This document shows positions 13,898 to 26,448 of a DNA stretch of 64,000 nt, piece after piece (the stretch's first letter is position 1; each line of letters begins with the position of its first letter). Under the pieces are notes generated by a model. That model was not told where the DNA came from. It ran no database searches and was given only the letters and a program-made list of their open reading frames with translations. Made by a program: the position numbers and the translations under genes. Source of the DNA: the human T2T-CHM13v2.0 reference genome, Homo sapiens; NCBI RefSeq assembly GCF_009914755.1, contig NC_060936.1. The stretch is one strand, 5' to 3'.

Positions 13898-14969
13898 CAG
13901 AAATTGCCATTTTAAAAATCAGATCTTCATTGAGACTTCTATCAAGTCAGGCTCAAAGGCTTAGATTTTTAAATCAGTGTTGATTTTGCACAATATTTTA
14001 GAAGCTTCTTTCTGCACATTAAATCAATGTTTATGTCAAATACTTGTTCTAGACCTCCCCACATCTCTCAATCAGTGATGACCATTAGTTTTCACATAAA
14101 TTCAAGTATTTATGTACTTGACAAATTAACAAATAATTTGTTAAGATGATCACATAGAATTAATATTACTCGTTCCAGTTGCATGGTGGGGAAAAGAAAG
14201 CAGAATCAATATTTTCTGAAAACCTATTTTGTTGCAGGCATTATATTAACTTGATGATTTATAGCTATATCCTTGTATAACCCTCACATAATTCAATGAG
14301 GTAGGTTTTATTTTCCCTGTTCTCAGAAAAAGAAACAGGTTCAGCAAAATTAGGTAACCTGTACAAATAACATAGTTAATAACAAAAGTCAGATATTTCT
14401 GCAATACTCTAGTGCCTAACATCCCTGGAAACAAAGAGAAAAATCTCTGTGGATGGTGAAGATAAGTATTGCTGCTTAAGTTTTGATATAAAAATCATAT
14501 AGAGGATGCTTACATGCAACAGATAATATCCAAAAAATGCATAAGAAAAAAATTTCCTCCTGAGAGGATTTAAATCTAATCTTTGAATTAAAAGTAAGAC
14601 CTAAAATAATTGTAGAAGACAACATACAATGAGGCCTCGGTCAAGTGTTTCAGTACTTCAGAAAATGAAGAATTTTACGTGATATAGAAATATTTACTTG
14701 AAGCAAACATTTTATAAAACAGTATGAAGCATTCAGTAATACAGCTGAGGTACACCTGGGGTACTAATTTGGTTATTTCTAGGCTAGAAAGTGGTTTCAT
14801 GTTTAATTCACTGCTTTCTGAAGAGGAATTGATCTCTAATTGACTGTAAAGTTATGGTGAGTTCTAGTTGCTTATTTTCTTTGTTCCTGTAATATTAATT
14901 TCTTATAATCTCCAAGCAAAATATAACATTATCTAATGTTCACTTGAGTGTCTGAATACCACACGTTAC

Positions 14970-15036
14970 CTCAATAGATATGTTGTTTTTTTTCACATAG
15001 CCCAACACATTTTTCTTCAAAGTACAATACAGTTTT
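14970..15036 (-). pseudogene. Candidate pseudo-exon
   Basis: Acceptor catag, good donor GAG|gtaacg. Open frame KLYCTLKKNVLGYVKKNNISIE. Confidence 0.4.
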
Positions 15037-15488
15037 CTATGATTTTTTTTAAGAAAAAAAAAATCCAAATTCAGTTGCAGATCCTCTAAAACCTTATCCG
15101 TATCCATTTCTTTCTCTTGTTCCCTAGCTGTGATCTTTAAAATAAAGTTGATATGCAGGCATACCTTGGAGATTGTGATTTTGATCCATATCAATGAAGC
15201 TAATATCACAATAAAATAAGTCACACAACTTTTTTCATTTCACCCGGGCATATAAACATTATACTTACACTATACTATATTCTACTTAGTGTGCAATAGC
15301 ATTATATCTATAAAAGCAATGTACATACCTTAATTTAAAAACATTCTATTGCTAACATGCTAACAATCATCTGAGCCTTCAATTAGTTATAATCTTTTTG
15401 CTGGTGGAGGGTCTTGCCTCAGTATTGATGGCTGCTGACTATTCTGGGTGGTGGTTGCTGAAGATTGGGGTTGCAATGGCAATTTCTT

Positions 15489-15802
15489 TCTTTTTTCTTT
15501 TTTTTTTTTTTTTTTTTTTTTGAGACGGAGTCTCACACTCTCCTTCAGGCTGTAGTACAGTGGTGCCATCTCAACTCACTGCAAGCTCCGCCTCCTGGGT
15601 TCACGCCATTCTCCTGCCTCAGCCTCCTGAGTAGCTGGGACTACAGGCGCCTGCCACCATGCCCAGCTAATTTTTTGTATTTTTAGTAGAGACGGGTTTT
15701 CACCGTGTTAGCCAGGATGGTCTCAATCTCCTGACCTTGTGATCCACCCGCCTCGGCCTCCCAAAGTGCTAGGATTACAGGTGTAAGCCAGTGCGCCCGG
15801 CC
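15489..15802 (-). mobile_element. AluY within Tigger1
   Basis: TSD ggcaatttctt on both sides; poly(T) at the left. Confidence 0.95.
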
Positions 15803-17144
15803 GGCAATTTCTTAAAATAAGACAACAATGAACTTTGCCACATTAATTGAATCTTTCTTTCATGAACAATTCTTCTATAGCATGTGATGCTGTTTGACAG
15901 CATTTTACCCAGAGCAGAACTTCTTTCAAAATCGGAGTCAATCCTCTCAAACCCTGCCACTACTTTATCAACTAAGTTTCTGTAATATTTTAAATCCTTT
16001 GTTGTCATTTCAACAACATTCACAGGATTGCTGAGGGATTGTTCACAGGATTGATGAGGCCTCATTGTATGTTGTCTTTTCTTCTACAATTATTTTAGTT
16101 CTTACTTTTAATTCAAAGATTAGATTTAAATCCTCTCGGGAGGAAATTTTTTTCTTATGCATTTTTTGGATATTATCTGTTGCATGTAAGCATCCTCTAT
16201 ATGATTTTTATATCAAAACTTAAGCAGCAACGTTCCTCAGGAGTTGATTTTGTCTCAAGAAACCACTTTTTTTTTTGCTCATCCACGAGAAACAATTCCT
16301 CATCTGTTCAAGTTTTATCATGATATTGCAGCCAATCAGTCCCATCTACAGGCTCCATTTCTAATTCACTCACTATTTCTACCACATCTTCAGTTCCTTC
16401 TTCCACTGAAGTCTTGAACCTCTCAATGTCATCCATGAGGGTTGGAATTAACTTGGTCTAAACTCCTGTTAATGTTAATGTTGATATGTTGACCTCCTCC
16501 CATGAATCACAAATGTTCTTAATAGCAAGTAGAATGGTAAATCCTTTCTAGAAGGTTTTCAATTTACCTTTCCCAGATCCATCAAAGGAATCATTATCTA
16601 TGGCAGCTATAGTCTTACATTATATATTTCATAAAAAAGACTTAACAGTCTAAGTTAATCCTTGATCCACGGGCTTGCAGAATAGATGCTGTGTTCGCAC
16701 ACATAAAAACAACACTAATATCCTTGTACATTTCCATCAGCAATCTTGGGTGACTAAGTGCATTGTCAATGAGTAGTAATACCTTGAAATAAATCTTTTG
16801 AGCAGTAGTTCTTAACAGTGAGCTTAAAATACTCAGTAAACTATGCCATAAACTGATGTGCTTTCATCCACCCAGGCTTGATTGTTCCATTTTTAGAGTA
16901 CAAGCAAAATCAATTTTGCATAGTTCTTAAGGGCCCTATGATTTTCAGAATGGTCTATGAGCATTGGCTTCAACTTAGAATCACCAGCTGCATTCACCCC
17001 TGACAAAAGAGTCAGCCTGTCCTTTGTAGATTTGAAGCCAGGCATTAACTTCACACCTCTCTAGCTATGAAAGTCCTACATGGCATCTTTTTCCAATACA
17101 AGACTGTTTAATCTACATTGAAAATCTGTTGTTAATGTGGCCAC

Positions 17145-17526
17145 GTTACTAATCTGCTCTCATGCTGCTACAAAGAACTGCCTGAGGCTGAGTAATTTAT
17201 AAAGGAAAGAGGTTTAATTGACTTACAGTTCCACATGGCTGGAGAGACCTCAGGAAACTTACAATCATGGTGGAAGGGGAAGCAAATATGTCCTTCTTCA
17301 CATGGTGGCAGGAGAGTGAAGTGCTGAGCAAAGTGGGAAAAGCCTCTTATAAAACCATCAGATCTTGTGAAAACTCACTCACTATCATGAGAAGAGTAGC
17401 ATGGAGGTAACTGCTCTCATGATTCAATTACTTCCCATGAGGTCCCTCCCTCAATACGTGGGTATTACAATTTGGATTACAATTCAAGATGAGATTTGGG
17501 TGGGGACACAGAGCCAGACCATATCA
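17145..17526 (-). mobile_element. THE1/MSTA solo LTR within Tigger1
   Basis: Ends ...ccagaccatatca; 5-bp TSD gccac. Confidence 0.9.
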
Positions 17527-19939
17527 GCCACCTTTATCAATTACCTTAGCTAGATCTTCTCAATAACTTTCTGCAGCTTCTCCATCAATACTTGCTGCTT
17601 CTCCTTACAGTTTTGTACTATGGAGACAGTTTTTTTCTTTTAACCTCATGAACCAACCTGCTAGTTTCAAACTTTTCTTCCGAAGCTTCTTCACCTTTCT
17701 CAGCCTTCATAAAATTGAAGAGAGTTAAGCCTTGTTCTTTATTAGCTTTTGGCTTAAGAGAATATTGTGGCTGATTTGGTCTTCTAACCAGGAGACCAAA
17801 ACTTTATTCACATCAGCAGTAAGGTTTTTTGCCTTGCTTATCTTTTGTGTGTTCACTGTAATAGCACTTTTAATTTTCTTCAAGAACTTTTCCTTTGCGT
17901 TTACAATTTGGATAACTGTTTGGCATAAGATGCCTAGCTTTGGCCTATTTTGGCTTTCAATATGCCTTCCTCACTAAGCTGAATTATTTCTAGCTTTGAT
18001 TTTAAAGTGGGAGATGTGGAACTCTTCCTCTCACTTGAACACTTAAGAGCCCATTGCAGGGCTATTAATTGGCTTAATTTCTATATTGTTGTGTCTCAGG
18101 GAGTAGGGAGGCCTGAGGAGAGGAAGAGAAATAGGGGAATAGCTAGTCGGTGGAGCAGTCAGAAAACACACAACACTTACTAAGTTAACTATCCTATAAT
18201 GGGCACAGTTGTGTCACCCCAAAACAATTACAATAGTAGTATCTAAGCTCATTGATCACAGATAACCATAACAGATATAATAAAATGAAAAAGTTTGAAA
18301 TAGGATGAAAATTAACAAAATGGAACACAGAGCAAATGCTGTTGGAAATATGTCACCAATAGATTTAATCAATGCAGCATTGCCACAAACCTTCAATTTG
18401 TAAAAAGACTGTCATTACCTATGAAGTGCAATAAGGTAAATAAAGTGCAATAAAATGAGGTATGCCTGGATATCTTTCCCACCCACTTTAAAACATTTTT
18501 ACTGTGTATTTTCTCATAGACAATATATTGTACTATTGCATGCACTTTAAAATTACATTAATAGCCAAATAATGTACTTACCCTCTGCCACTTTTGTCAG
18601 TCAAGATCATGTTTGCAAGATTTCTAGATATAGTTAATGATATGTTTTCTACATTTTATAGTTTTCTAGATATGGATATTTCATCACTTATTCACTCGGT
18701 TCTCTAGAGATGAAAATTTGGATTGTACTTGTTTTGTTTTGGTCTTGCACCATTACAAACAGGATTGCAATCAAAACTTCTATGTACATTGAATGAAAAC
18801 TTCTCTAGAGTTCATACCTACATGTGAAATTGTTGAGCTCACAGAAATTTGCCAAAAGGTTCATACAAAAATATTTACTACAGCACTGTTTACAAAGCTA
18901 AAAACTGGATACACTGAAATTATACCAACCAATAGCAGAACAGGTATATAATTTTTAATATATTTATGCAATGCAATTAAAGAGAATTGTATAGACGCAT
19001 ACGTGCTGATACAGAAAGACGCCCAAAATTGATTGCTCAGTGAAAAAAAAATTAAGTTATAATACTCTATATAAAATTATCCCATTTTTTATAAAAATAA
19101 ATGATAAAATTAATAATATATGTACATATTTAGAGAAAAAATAGAGACCAATTTAAGAAATTCATGTTAATAACTATGTATGATATATAAGATAAACTTG
19201 TATTTTCTCTATTTTAAATTTCAATAGTACCAGATACACATTACTTCAATCTACACTTATAACCTGAATGAATACATAATTTCTTCTTATCCTAATAATG
19301 ACACATTTTGCTTTTCTGACCACTAACATCCCTTACAAGACTAACTTTTTCCATTAATTCCTAACCAATTTCTGTTTTTAGCACAAACAATAATAGTCTG
19401 TACTTACTTACACTACTGCAATCTCCTTGTTGCTATATCTTGAAATTTTTCAAACTTGAAATTAATTACATTCATTACCACTGCTTTTACCAGGAACCCT
19501 TCTGACTCTATAATATTCTCTCTCAGACCTGAATAAATATCATATTATTATAACAACCTTCTAGGTCAATTATGGGATTTCAAGTTAAAAATATATAACT
19601 GTAAAATTTAAAGAAGGTGTGCAGTGAGAAGGAAGAGTTGTTCATTCTGGAAAAATATATTTGGATACCCAATCAAGTTTCCTTAGAATGTCATTTACTT
19701 GAAAAAATTAACCATTATCCATAAATGATACTCTTATTCTTAAAGAATTACAAAAATTAATCCCTGTATTATTTCTAAATTGATCAGAATTATGGGTTCT
19801 AATTCAGTCTAATAAAGGTCACAAATAATTATAAATATTTAGTAAGCTGTTATTCATTGGGCACTATGTGCAAGAAATAGAGGACATAGTGGTAAATAAT
19901 ATAGATGAGCTCCAAGTCTAAAATGGCATCAACTAAATT

Positions 19940-22050
19940 AGGTGGGGATGAGGCTCTTCATTGCAATCCATTAAGTGCAGCTCCTGGGGCACAAATCCTT
20001 CCATATATGGACCCATGAAATGAAAGAGACAAGCCATCCTTCTTCAAACCCCCCAACCTATAATGGTAGGATAGGCACAGCACAACAGCTATAGACATCA
20101 CAGTTCTAATGGGGGAAAATGAAAAGTAAAAAGGAGTCACAGGGGTCACTGTTTCAAAGGAGTTCTGAAATCCAGGGAGTAAATGGGAGTTTCTTGATTA
20201 GGTTTCAAGGGCAGAGAATAATCCTCCTTGGCTCTCAGCTCCATTCTCTGAAGGCTCCATCCTTCTTGGTTCTGCCCTCTGAGTCATCCTTCCTTTTTCA
20301 TGAAAGGTAACACATGTTTGTAGCTTAGTGGTTTTATCAGACTGCTTCCTGCTGGTAGAATTTTGGGGACTTAACCATCTCCTTTCCTTTTGTAGTATTG
20401 TCTCTGACCTTTTTAGATGAAGCTGGCAGTGTTTCTGCTTCAATAAATTTCTCAAGAACTTTGTGGGTCTTCCATGGATTTCACAGGGATTCACACCATA
20501 AAAGAAAAGCCACATCCACAGATGTTTTTAAGATTGTCCCTTTTCTATATCTTGGCTTCCTGCTGAGAGGGCTAGAGGACAATGCCCTTCAGCCTCCTAG
20601 AGGCCCTCAGGTTTGTGTGAAAAAATCAGTGAGGCACACCCTTAATCTCTTGAAAAGAGCCTTTGTACTGAATACGCTGACATTTTGATCTTTCTGATAT
20701 TTTTAGCAAAAGTCACACACTCTCAATGCCATACTTTTGAGTATGGCTATTTCTCAATGCCATACTTTTGGCAGCCATTTCTGAATTTTAGCATCTTTTG
20801 CCATCTGGAGAGGCTGCGAATTTTCAGTCACGTAATCCTAATCCATTTTCTTTAACATGTCTTCCTTCAACTTATCTCTCTTTTGCATTCTATTACAAGC
20901 AGTAAGAGAAAACCAGTAGCAACTTCAATACTTTGCTTGAAATCTCCTTAGCACTACATACAAGCAAGTTCATTGCCCACAAGTTCTTCTTTCCATAAGA
21001 TGGCAGAATGCACAATTTTGCTAATAGTTCTGCAAGTATATAAAAAGGATCCCTCTCCTTCTAATTTCCAATAACATGCTCCTCACTTCTGAGCCTAACA
21101 GCAGTGCTCTCAAAGTTCAGATTTCTACTAAGGGTCTGTTCATGGCAACTCAGGCTGCTATGGTTTGAATGTGTCCCCTAAATTTCATGTGTTAGAAACT
21201 TAATCCTTAAATTCATGTGTTGATTAGAGGTGGGGTCTTGGGGGCTAATTAGGGTTAGATAATGTCATCAGGGTACAGTCCCCATGATGGAACTAACGGC
21301 TTTATAAGAAGAGGAAGAGAGAGAGCTCTGAGCTGACATGCACACTCTTGCTCTCTTGCCTTGTGATGCCTTCTGTCATGGAATGAGCCTCACTAGATGA
21401 CGGCACCATGCTCTTGGACTTCCCAGCCTCCATAACCATGAACTAAATAAACATCTATTGCTTATAATTTTCTCTGTCTGTGGTATTCTGTTACAGCAAC
21501 AGAAAATGGACTAAGACATAGGCTTCCTCTATCATGTTCTGCAAACATTTCCTAGCCTTTGTCTACTGTCTAATCCCAAAGCTGCTCCCATATTTTAGGT
21601 ATGCCTCTTGGTACCAAAATATGCATAACATCTTGGTGGCTTAAAACAACACTCAGTCAGTTTCTCCTGCTTTTCATCAGTCAGGAGTCTGGGCCTGGCT
21701 CAGTCTTATGCTCAAAGCCTCCAAAGCTGCACTGAAGGTATTGGCTGGACTATGGTTCTATGATTCTGATCTAGAGCTTGGGGTTCTCTCTCAGGTTTAC
21801 TCAGGTCATTGGAAGAATTCAGTTCCTTGCAGCTGTAGGACTCAGGCCGTCAGTTTATATAAGCTGCCTCTCTCCATAGGCAGTTTACAAAATGATTCTT
21901 TGCTTTCTTCTAGCCCAGCAGGAGACCATCTCTCTTTAAAGGGCTTACCTAATTAGGTCAAGCCCATCCAGTAAAATCTACCCTCAATAACCTTAAATCC
22001 AACTGACTGGGGGCCTTAGTTACATGCAAAAAGCCTTTTATATGCTTATA
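19940..22050 (-). mobile_element. MLT1 internal region plus LTR (MaLR)
   Basis: MaLR-internal-like sequence followed by a ggtggcttaaaacaac LTR end. Confidence 0.6.
21156..21518 (+). mobile_element. MST solo LTR
   Basis: tgctatggtttgaatgtgtcccc...aaatggactaagaca; TSD caggc/taggc. Confidence 0.88.
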
Positions 22051-22698
22051 TCCCTCTGAGTCAGGAAAAAACTACCAGAGTTCTCACTCCCCCATCAAGA
22101 GCCCCCCGACACACACACATACAAACACATACCTAATTATAGATAATATTTTTTTCTAAAATACATCCATATGGTTGTGTGATTTTCTCCAGTGGTGCTG
22201 AACAACCTTGGTTCAGAAGTAAAGAATCTTGACACTAGAACTAATCCAAGAAAAGTGGGTAAGAAAAGGTCCCTAAAAGGTTCTCAACATGAAGCAGCAG
22301 GAGAAATTCAGAAGAGGAAGAGAGATCTCCATCAGCCACTTGGAGTAGATAAAGGTATCAGGACCAAGATATGCTAAAGGGGGCAGATAATCATCCTGTC
22401 ACAGAACAGAAATCTCAATTAGAAGGCTTTCCTAAAAAAATTTCAAAAGACCATAACTGCTCTTACCACACTTTACGTAACCAAGAAGTGGTAATCAGAT
22501 AAATCTCCTAGGAAAGAGCTTATCAACTCAATTGAGACTACATTTATATGGAGAGGGACAGAGGCAGCCAGGCACATGAGTCAGCTCCCCTGCCCCCAGC
22601 ACCACCTTCCACTGTGAGGTTTTCAGACTTGACAACAAGGACAATTTATTATTTCACATTGACCAAAATCCAGTGGTTAAATGAGATTACAGTCCTGT

Positions 22699-23166
22699 TG
22701 TATTAGTTTCTTATTGCTGCTGTAACAAATTTTCATAATTTATTGGCTTCAAACACTCACAATATTTTACTATTCTCTAAGTCAGAACTATGAAAATCAA
22801 GGTGGACTAAAAGTGTCAGCAGGGATGCATTCCTTCTAGGGGCTCTAGGAGAATCTGTTTTCTTGCCTTTTCCAGCTTCTAGAGGAGACTTGCATTCCTT
22901 GGGCTCATGGCCTCTTCCTCTACCTTCAAAAGCCAGCAGCATATCATTTTCAAATCTCTCTCCTACTCTGAGATTTCCACCTTCATCTTATTAGGACACT
23001 TGTGATTATACTCAGCCTACCTTGATTACCCAAGATAATCTTTCCATCTTAAAATCCTTGGCTTACTCACACCTGCAAAATCTCTTTTTTACAGAAGGTA
23101 ACATTTTACAAACTTTCAGGCATTAAGATGTGGGCATCTTTCAGGGGTCTCATTTTGGTTATCACA
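22699..23166 (-). mobile_element. MLT1C/D LTR
   Basis: tgtattagtttcttattgctgctgtaacaaat...ccttttccagcttctagagg. Confidence 0.85.
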
Positions 23167-23612
23167 ACTTCCAAATACCTTTCTAATATTCAAACTCAAT
23201 CATTTCATTTGGGCTGATGATAAAAATGCTCTGTAATGTTTTAATGAGTTTGCTTATAAAGTTTATCTGAAATATATTTCTATAAATTCTTATATTCTCT
23301 GACAAAATCAACAGAGGTGTTAGATTGAACAAATTTGATTAGCTAATAGAAATTGTTAAGTAACATCATGTTCTTAAGGAGTTGCTTCAAAGCATTCACA
23401 AAGCACCTAATTTATCCTTGCAATTGTCAAATAAGTAAAAGTAGGTATCATAAAAGAAAATTTCAAGTAAGGAAATGAAAGCACACAGTGGCTTTCCTAG
23501 ATCTCCCAGGGAGAAATTCTGGAAGAAATATGAATAGAACTCAGCTTCTCTTACTCCCATTCAGTAGCTTAAAAGGCTAGGAATAATAGTTACAATGATT
23601 CATACTGATTAC

Positions 23613-23854
23613 CTAGTGCCTCTTCTCCAAAGTACTGCAAATCCACAAGAGAAATCATCACAGACACGGTGATATGTCTTTGGTTAGTTTTTCTACCTCC
23701 TGGTTTCAACAAAGCTTTAAAGAAGTATAGAGAACATGGAACAATCTGTGAGAAACTACTCCACCTCGAGTGGTTCCACTTGAAATGTAAATAGGTTTGG
23801 AAGGTCTTAAGTAAACATGACTTGAAATTTAAAAAACATATATTGTTAACCTGA
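23613..23854 (-). pseudogene. Candidate pseudo-exon (last EC / membrane-adjacent region)
   Basis: Acceptor tttttaccttccag, donor AG|gtaatc. Gives FTFQVEP/GGVV and YFFKALLKPGG...HITVSVMISLVD. Overlaps ORF 23590..23871. Confidence 0.55.
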
Positions 23855-23929
23855 CTGGAAGGTAAAAACAAATTTAGAAGAATAATGGATGTGCTGTCTG
23901 GAGGCTATAATTACTGGTGCTCTAACACA

Positions 23930-24160
23930 GCAGTGTAGCGAGAGGCTGGGAACTGCTTCATGAAAAGTGCTGGGGAACTGGACAGAAATTGGTTGGAATC
24001 TCAATTCTTCTGCTTATACTAGCTGTATAACCTTGGACAAGCTACCTAAACTCTCAGATTCCTCATCTTAAAAATAATAATAGCTGTCTTATAGAGTTGA
24101 TATAAAAATTAAAGGTACTACATGTAAAATACCCGGCACATAAAAGCACTTAATATCTTT
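23930..24160 (+). mobile_element. MIR
   Basis: ctagctgtataaccttggacaagctacctaaactctc. Confidence 0.7.
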
Positions 24161-24213
24161 CCTACTTGGGAAAAAACTAAAATGTAGGAACAGACTTTCC
24201 TGTTAAGAATGTT

Positions 24214-24617
24214 TGTAGTGGATGCTCTGTTGTGCTGCCCAGATTCTGCTTCAGAGAGGAAGAGTTTATTCTCCAAGCGGCTGGAAGAGCTGCTAATGGA
24301 AAGCTCTTTGTTGTCAGCCCCTACAGGGATCGCCTTAGTTGAAGAGAGCCTTTTCACCCAATGTCCACCCCATTAAGAATGACTTGCCTCCAGTGACTGA
24401 TCAAAGAGCCCATCATCCCAGATCAGAACTTGCCATGGAATTGGCAGAGGCCTCTGTTGAGCCAGCCTGCCAGTTCAGCTTCTCCCTCGGTCCAATCCTG
24501 CTTCCTTCCTATGACTTCCCTTCTAGAGGTGTTGATCTCAATGCCCTCCCTAATAAGCCCTCCGATATCCTAGTCACGGTTGGGAGTCAGTTTACCAGGG
24601 AACACTATCCAGCAACA
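24214..24617 (+). mobile_element. LTR16-family LTR (ERVL)
   Basis: Starts tgtagtggatgctctgttgtgctgcccaga; aataag near the end. Confidence 0.7.
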
Positions 24618-25022
24618 ATGTTGCAGGATGAACTGTTGCTCAGACTTTTATATAGCCCTTACCATCACCAACCACTCCCCACAAGGGCCCAAAGGCACAT
24701 AACTCACCCAAGTATCTTTTGGTTGCTCTGGTAAGGATTGAAGAGTAAGGATTCTTAAGCCTTGAACCTTGCTTCTGCTGATGTTTAACAAGCAGCTGGA
24801 ATAAGTGTGAACCCTCTGCCCCAGCTCCATTTCACCCCTTCTCAACATCTTTCATCTGCCAGCTTGTATAAAGATTCAGCCTGCCACATTAGAAATGTTG
24901 CTTATGTCACAATTGAGGAAATTTTAATATGAGCTGTATAGCAAATGATATTAATAATTATTAATATTGTTGTTCTTGAGCTTTATAATACTCCAGATAA
25001 AAAAAAAAAATGAAGGCGGATA

Positions 25023-25317
25023 GGCCGGGCACAGTGGCTCACGCCTGTAATCCCAGCACTTTGGGAGGCCGAGGCAGGCAGATCACGAGGTCAGGAGATC
25101 AAGACCATCCTGGTTAACACGGTGAAACCCCGTCTCTACTAAAAATACAAAAAATTAGCTGGGCATGGTGGCGGGTGCCTGTAGTCCCAGCTACTCAGGA
25201 GGCTGAGGCAGGAAAATGGCGTGAACCCAGGAGGCGGGGTTTGCAGTGAGCTAAGATTGGCCACTGCACTCCAGCCTGAGCGACGGAGCGAGACTTCGTC
25301 TCAAAAAAAAAAAAAAA
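25023..25317 (+). mobile_element. AluY
   Basis: Full Alu with Y-type diagnostics (gatcacgaggtcaggagatc, aacacggtg). Confidence 0.95.
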
Positions 25318-25856
25318 GGCAGATAAATGAAACAAGATTGGCAAAATGATGAACATTGATGAAGCTGGGTGACTGGTATTATACTATTCTCCCTATCTCT
25401 GTATGTTTGAACTTTTCCATAATAAAATAATGAATATTAATATACTTTATAAAAGTATATACAATGTACGTACTTTAGAGATCAATTGTTAAAGATAGGT
25501 TTAATAATATATTTAACTTCAAGTTGGCTTATGTTAAGCAAATAAATCAAAATATAGAAAATTCATATTCTCCAAAGCAAATAAAATGGGGCTTGTTAGG
25601 CATCTTGCCAAATAGTTCCGAAATTTATTTTTTTTAAGTGCTGAGACTTTCTTTAAAAGAAAACTCCATAAGGCACTTCAAACTAAATTTTTATGTTAAA
25701 AGATTTATTTTACATATTAAAGTACAGCATACAGGTATTTTGTTCATTATACAGACTTTTAGATTATGAAGACTTTATATGTAATAGCATATTATCCCAA
25801 TTTTTAAAAGCTCAATTTTCTAGATGTCTTTTTTGATAACAATGCATGTGATTTAC

Positions 25857-25976
25857 CATAACATGTGTATAAAATCTAGCCAAACCACACCATTCTTCCT
25901 CCACAACCCTTAAAGAAGATCCTATAGACTCAACAACTGTGCCACCTAAGGCTATGTAAACTTTGGTCAAACAACT
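25857..25976 (-). pseudogene. Candidate pseudo-exon
   Basis: Acceptor tatacaacag, donor TG|gtaaat; 120 nt. One frame is fully open (SCLTKVYIALGGTVVE...); other frames give LFDQSLH and KNGVV. Confidence 0.45.
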
Positions 25977-26099
25977 CTGTTGTATACACAAATATAGCTA
26001 TATCTACAGGTATAGATAGAGAGATATAATATATATTATTTATACATAATGATTAAGAATTAAGAATTAGGTCAAAAATCACAACAAGAAAAAAAAAAG

Positions 26100-26448
26100 T
26101 AGTATCTGATTCAGGTATTCAGTCTGTGTAGAGTGGTACTATTTTTGCCAATCCTCAAATGTTTACTTCAAGTCTGCTATGATGAGAAAACCCAGAAGGC
26201 CTAAATATATAACACAAACATGTTTCCCATCTTTGTATCCTTCTATGTTTGAAGATCTTTCCGAATGTTAAGGTCTCATCCATTTAAGGTGATTTGATCC
26301 AGAACATTGGGGAATACTATTATTCAGAAAATGATTCTTCTTAAAGGGACTTGATTATTTCAATGATCATAGAGCTGCTCTAAGGGATTTCTATAGCCAA
26401 GTCATTATTATATCCAGGTACTTTTCATATAAATAAGGGTTCAAGCAT
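26100..26448 (-). pseudogene. Candidate pseudo-exon (3' end uncertain)
   Basis: Strong acceptor cttcatttccttctttttgtttcag. Motifs across stops and shifts: YNND, IIENN, LNG, FVLYI*A, LEVNI, TQTEY. Confidence 0.45.

Larger units (their letters stand above)
15156..18468 (-). mobile_element. Tigger1 DNA transposon, near full length, with nested insertions
   Basis: TIRs caggcatacct / aggtatgcctg; transposase remnant ([29 protein letters not shown]). Confidence 0.92.

Noticed and set aside
14698-14783. AG/GT-bounded minus-strand segment near the 14970 candidate exon
   Set aside because: No diagnostic motif and ambiguous phase, so left out of the model.
24339-24734. 131-aa ORF
   Set aside because: It lies mostly within an LTR16-family element.
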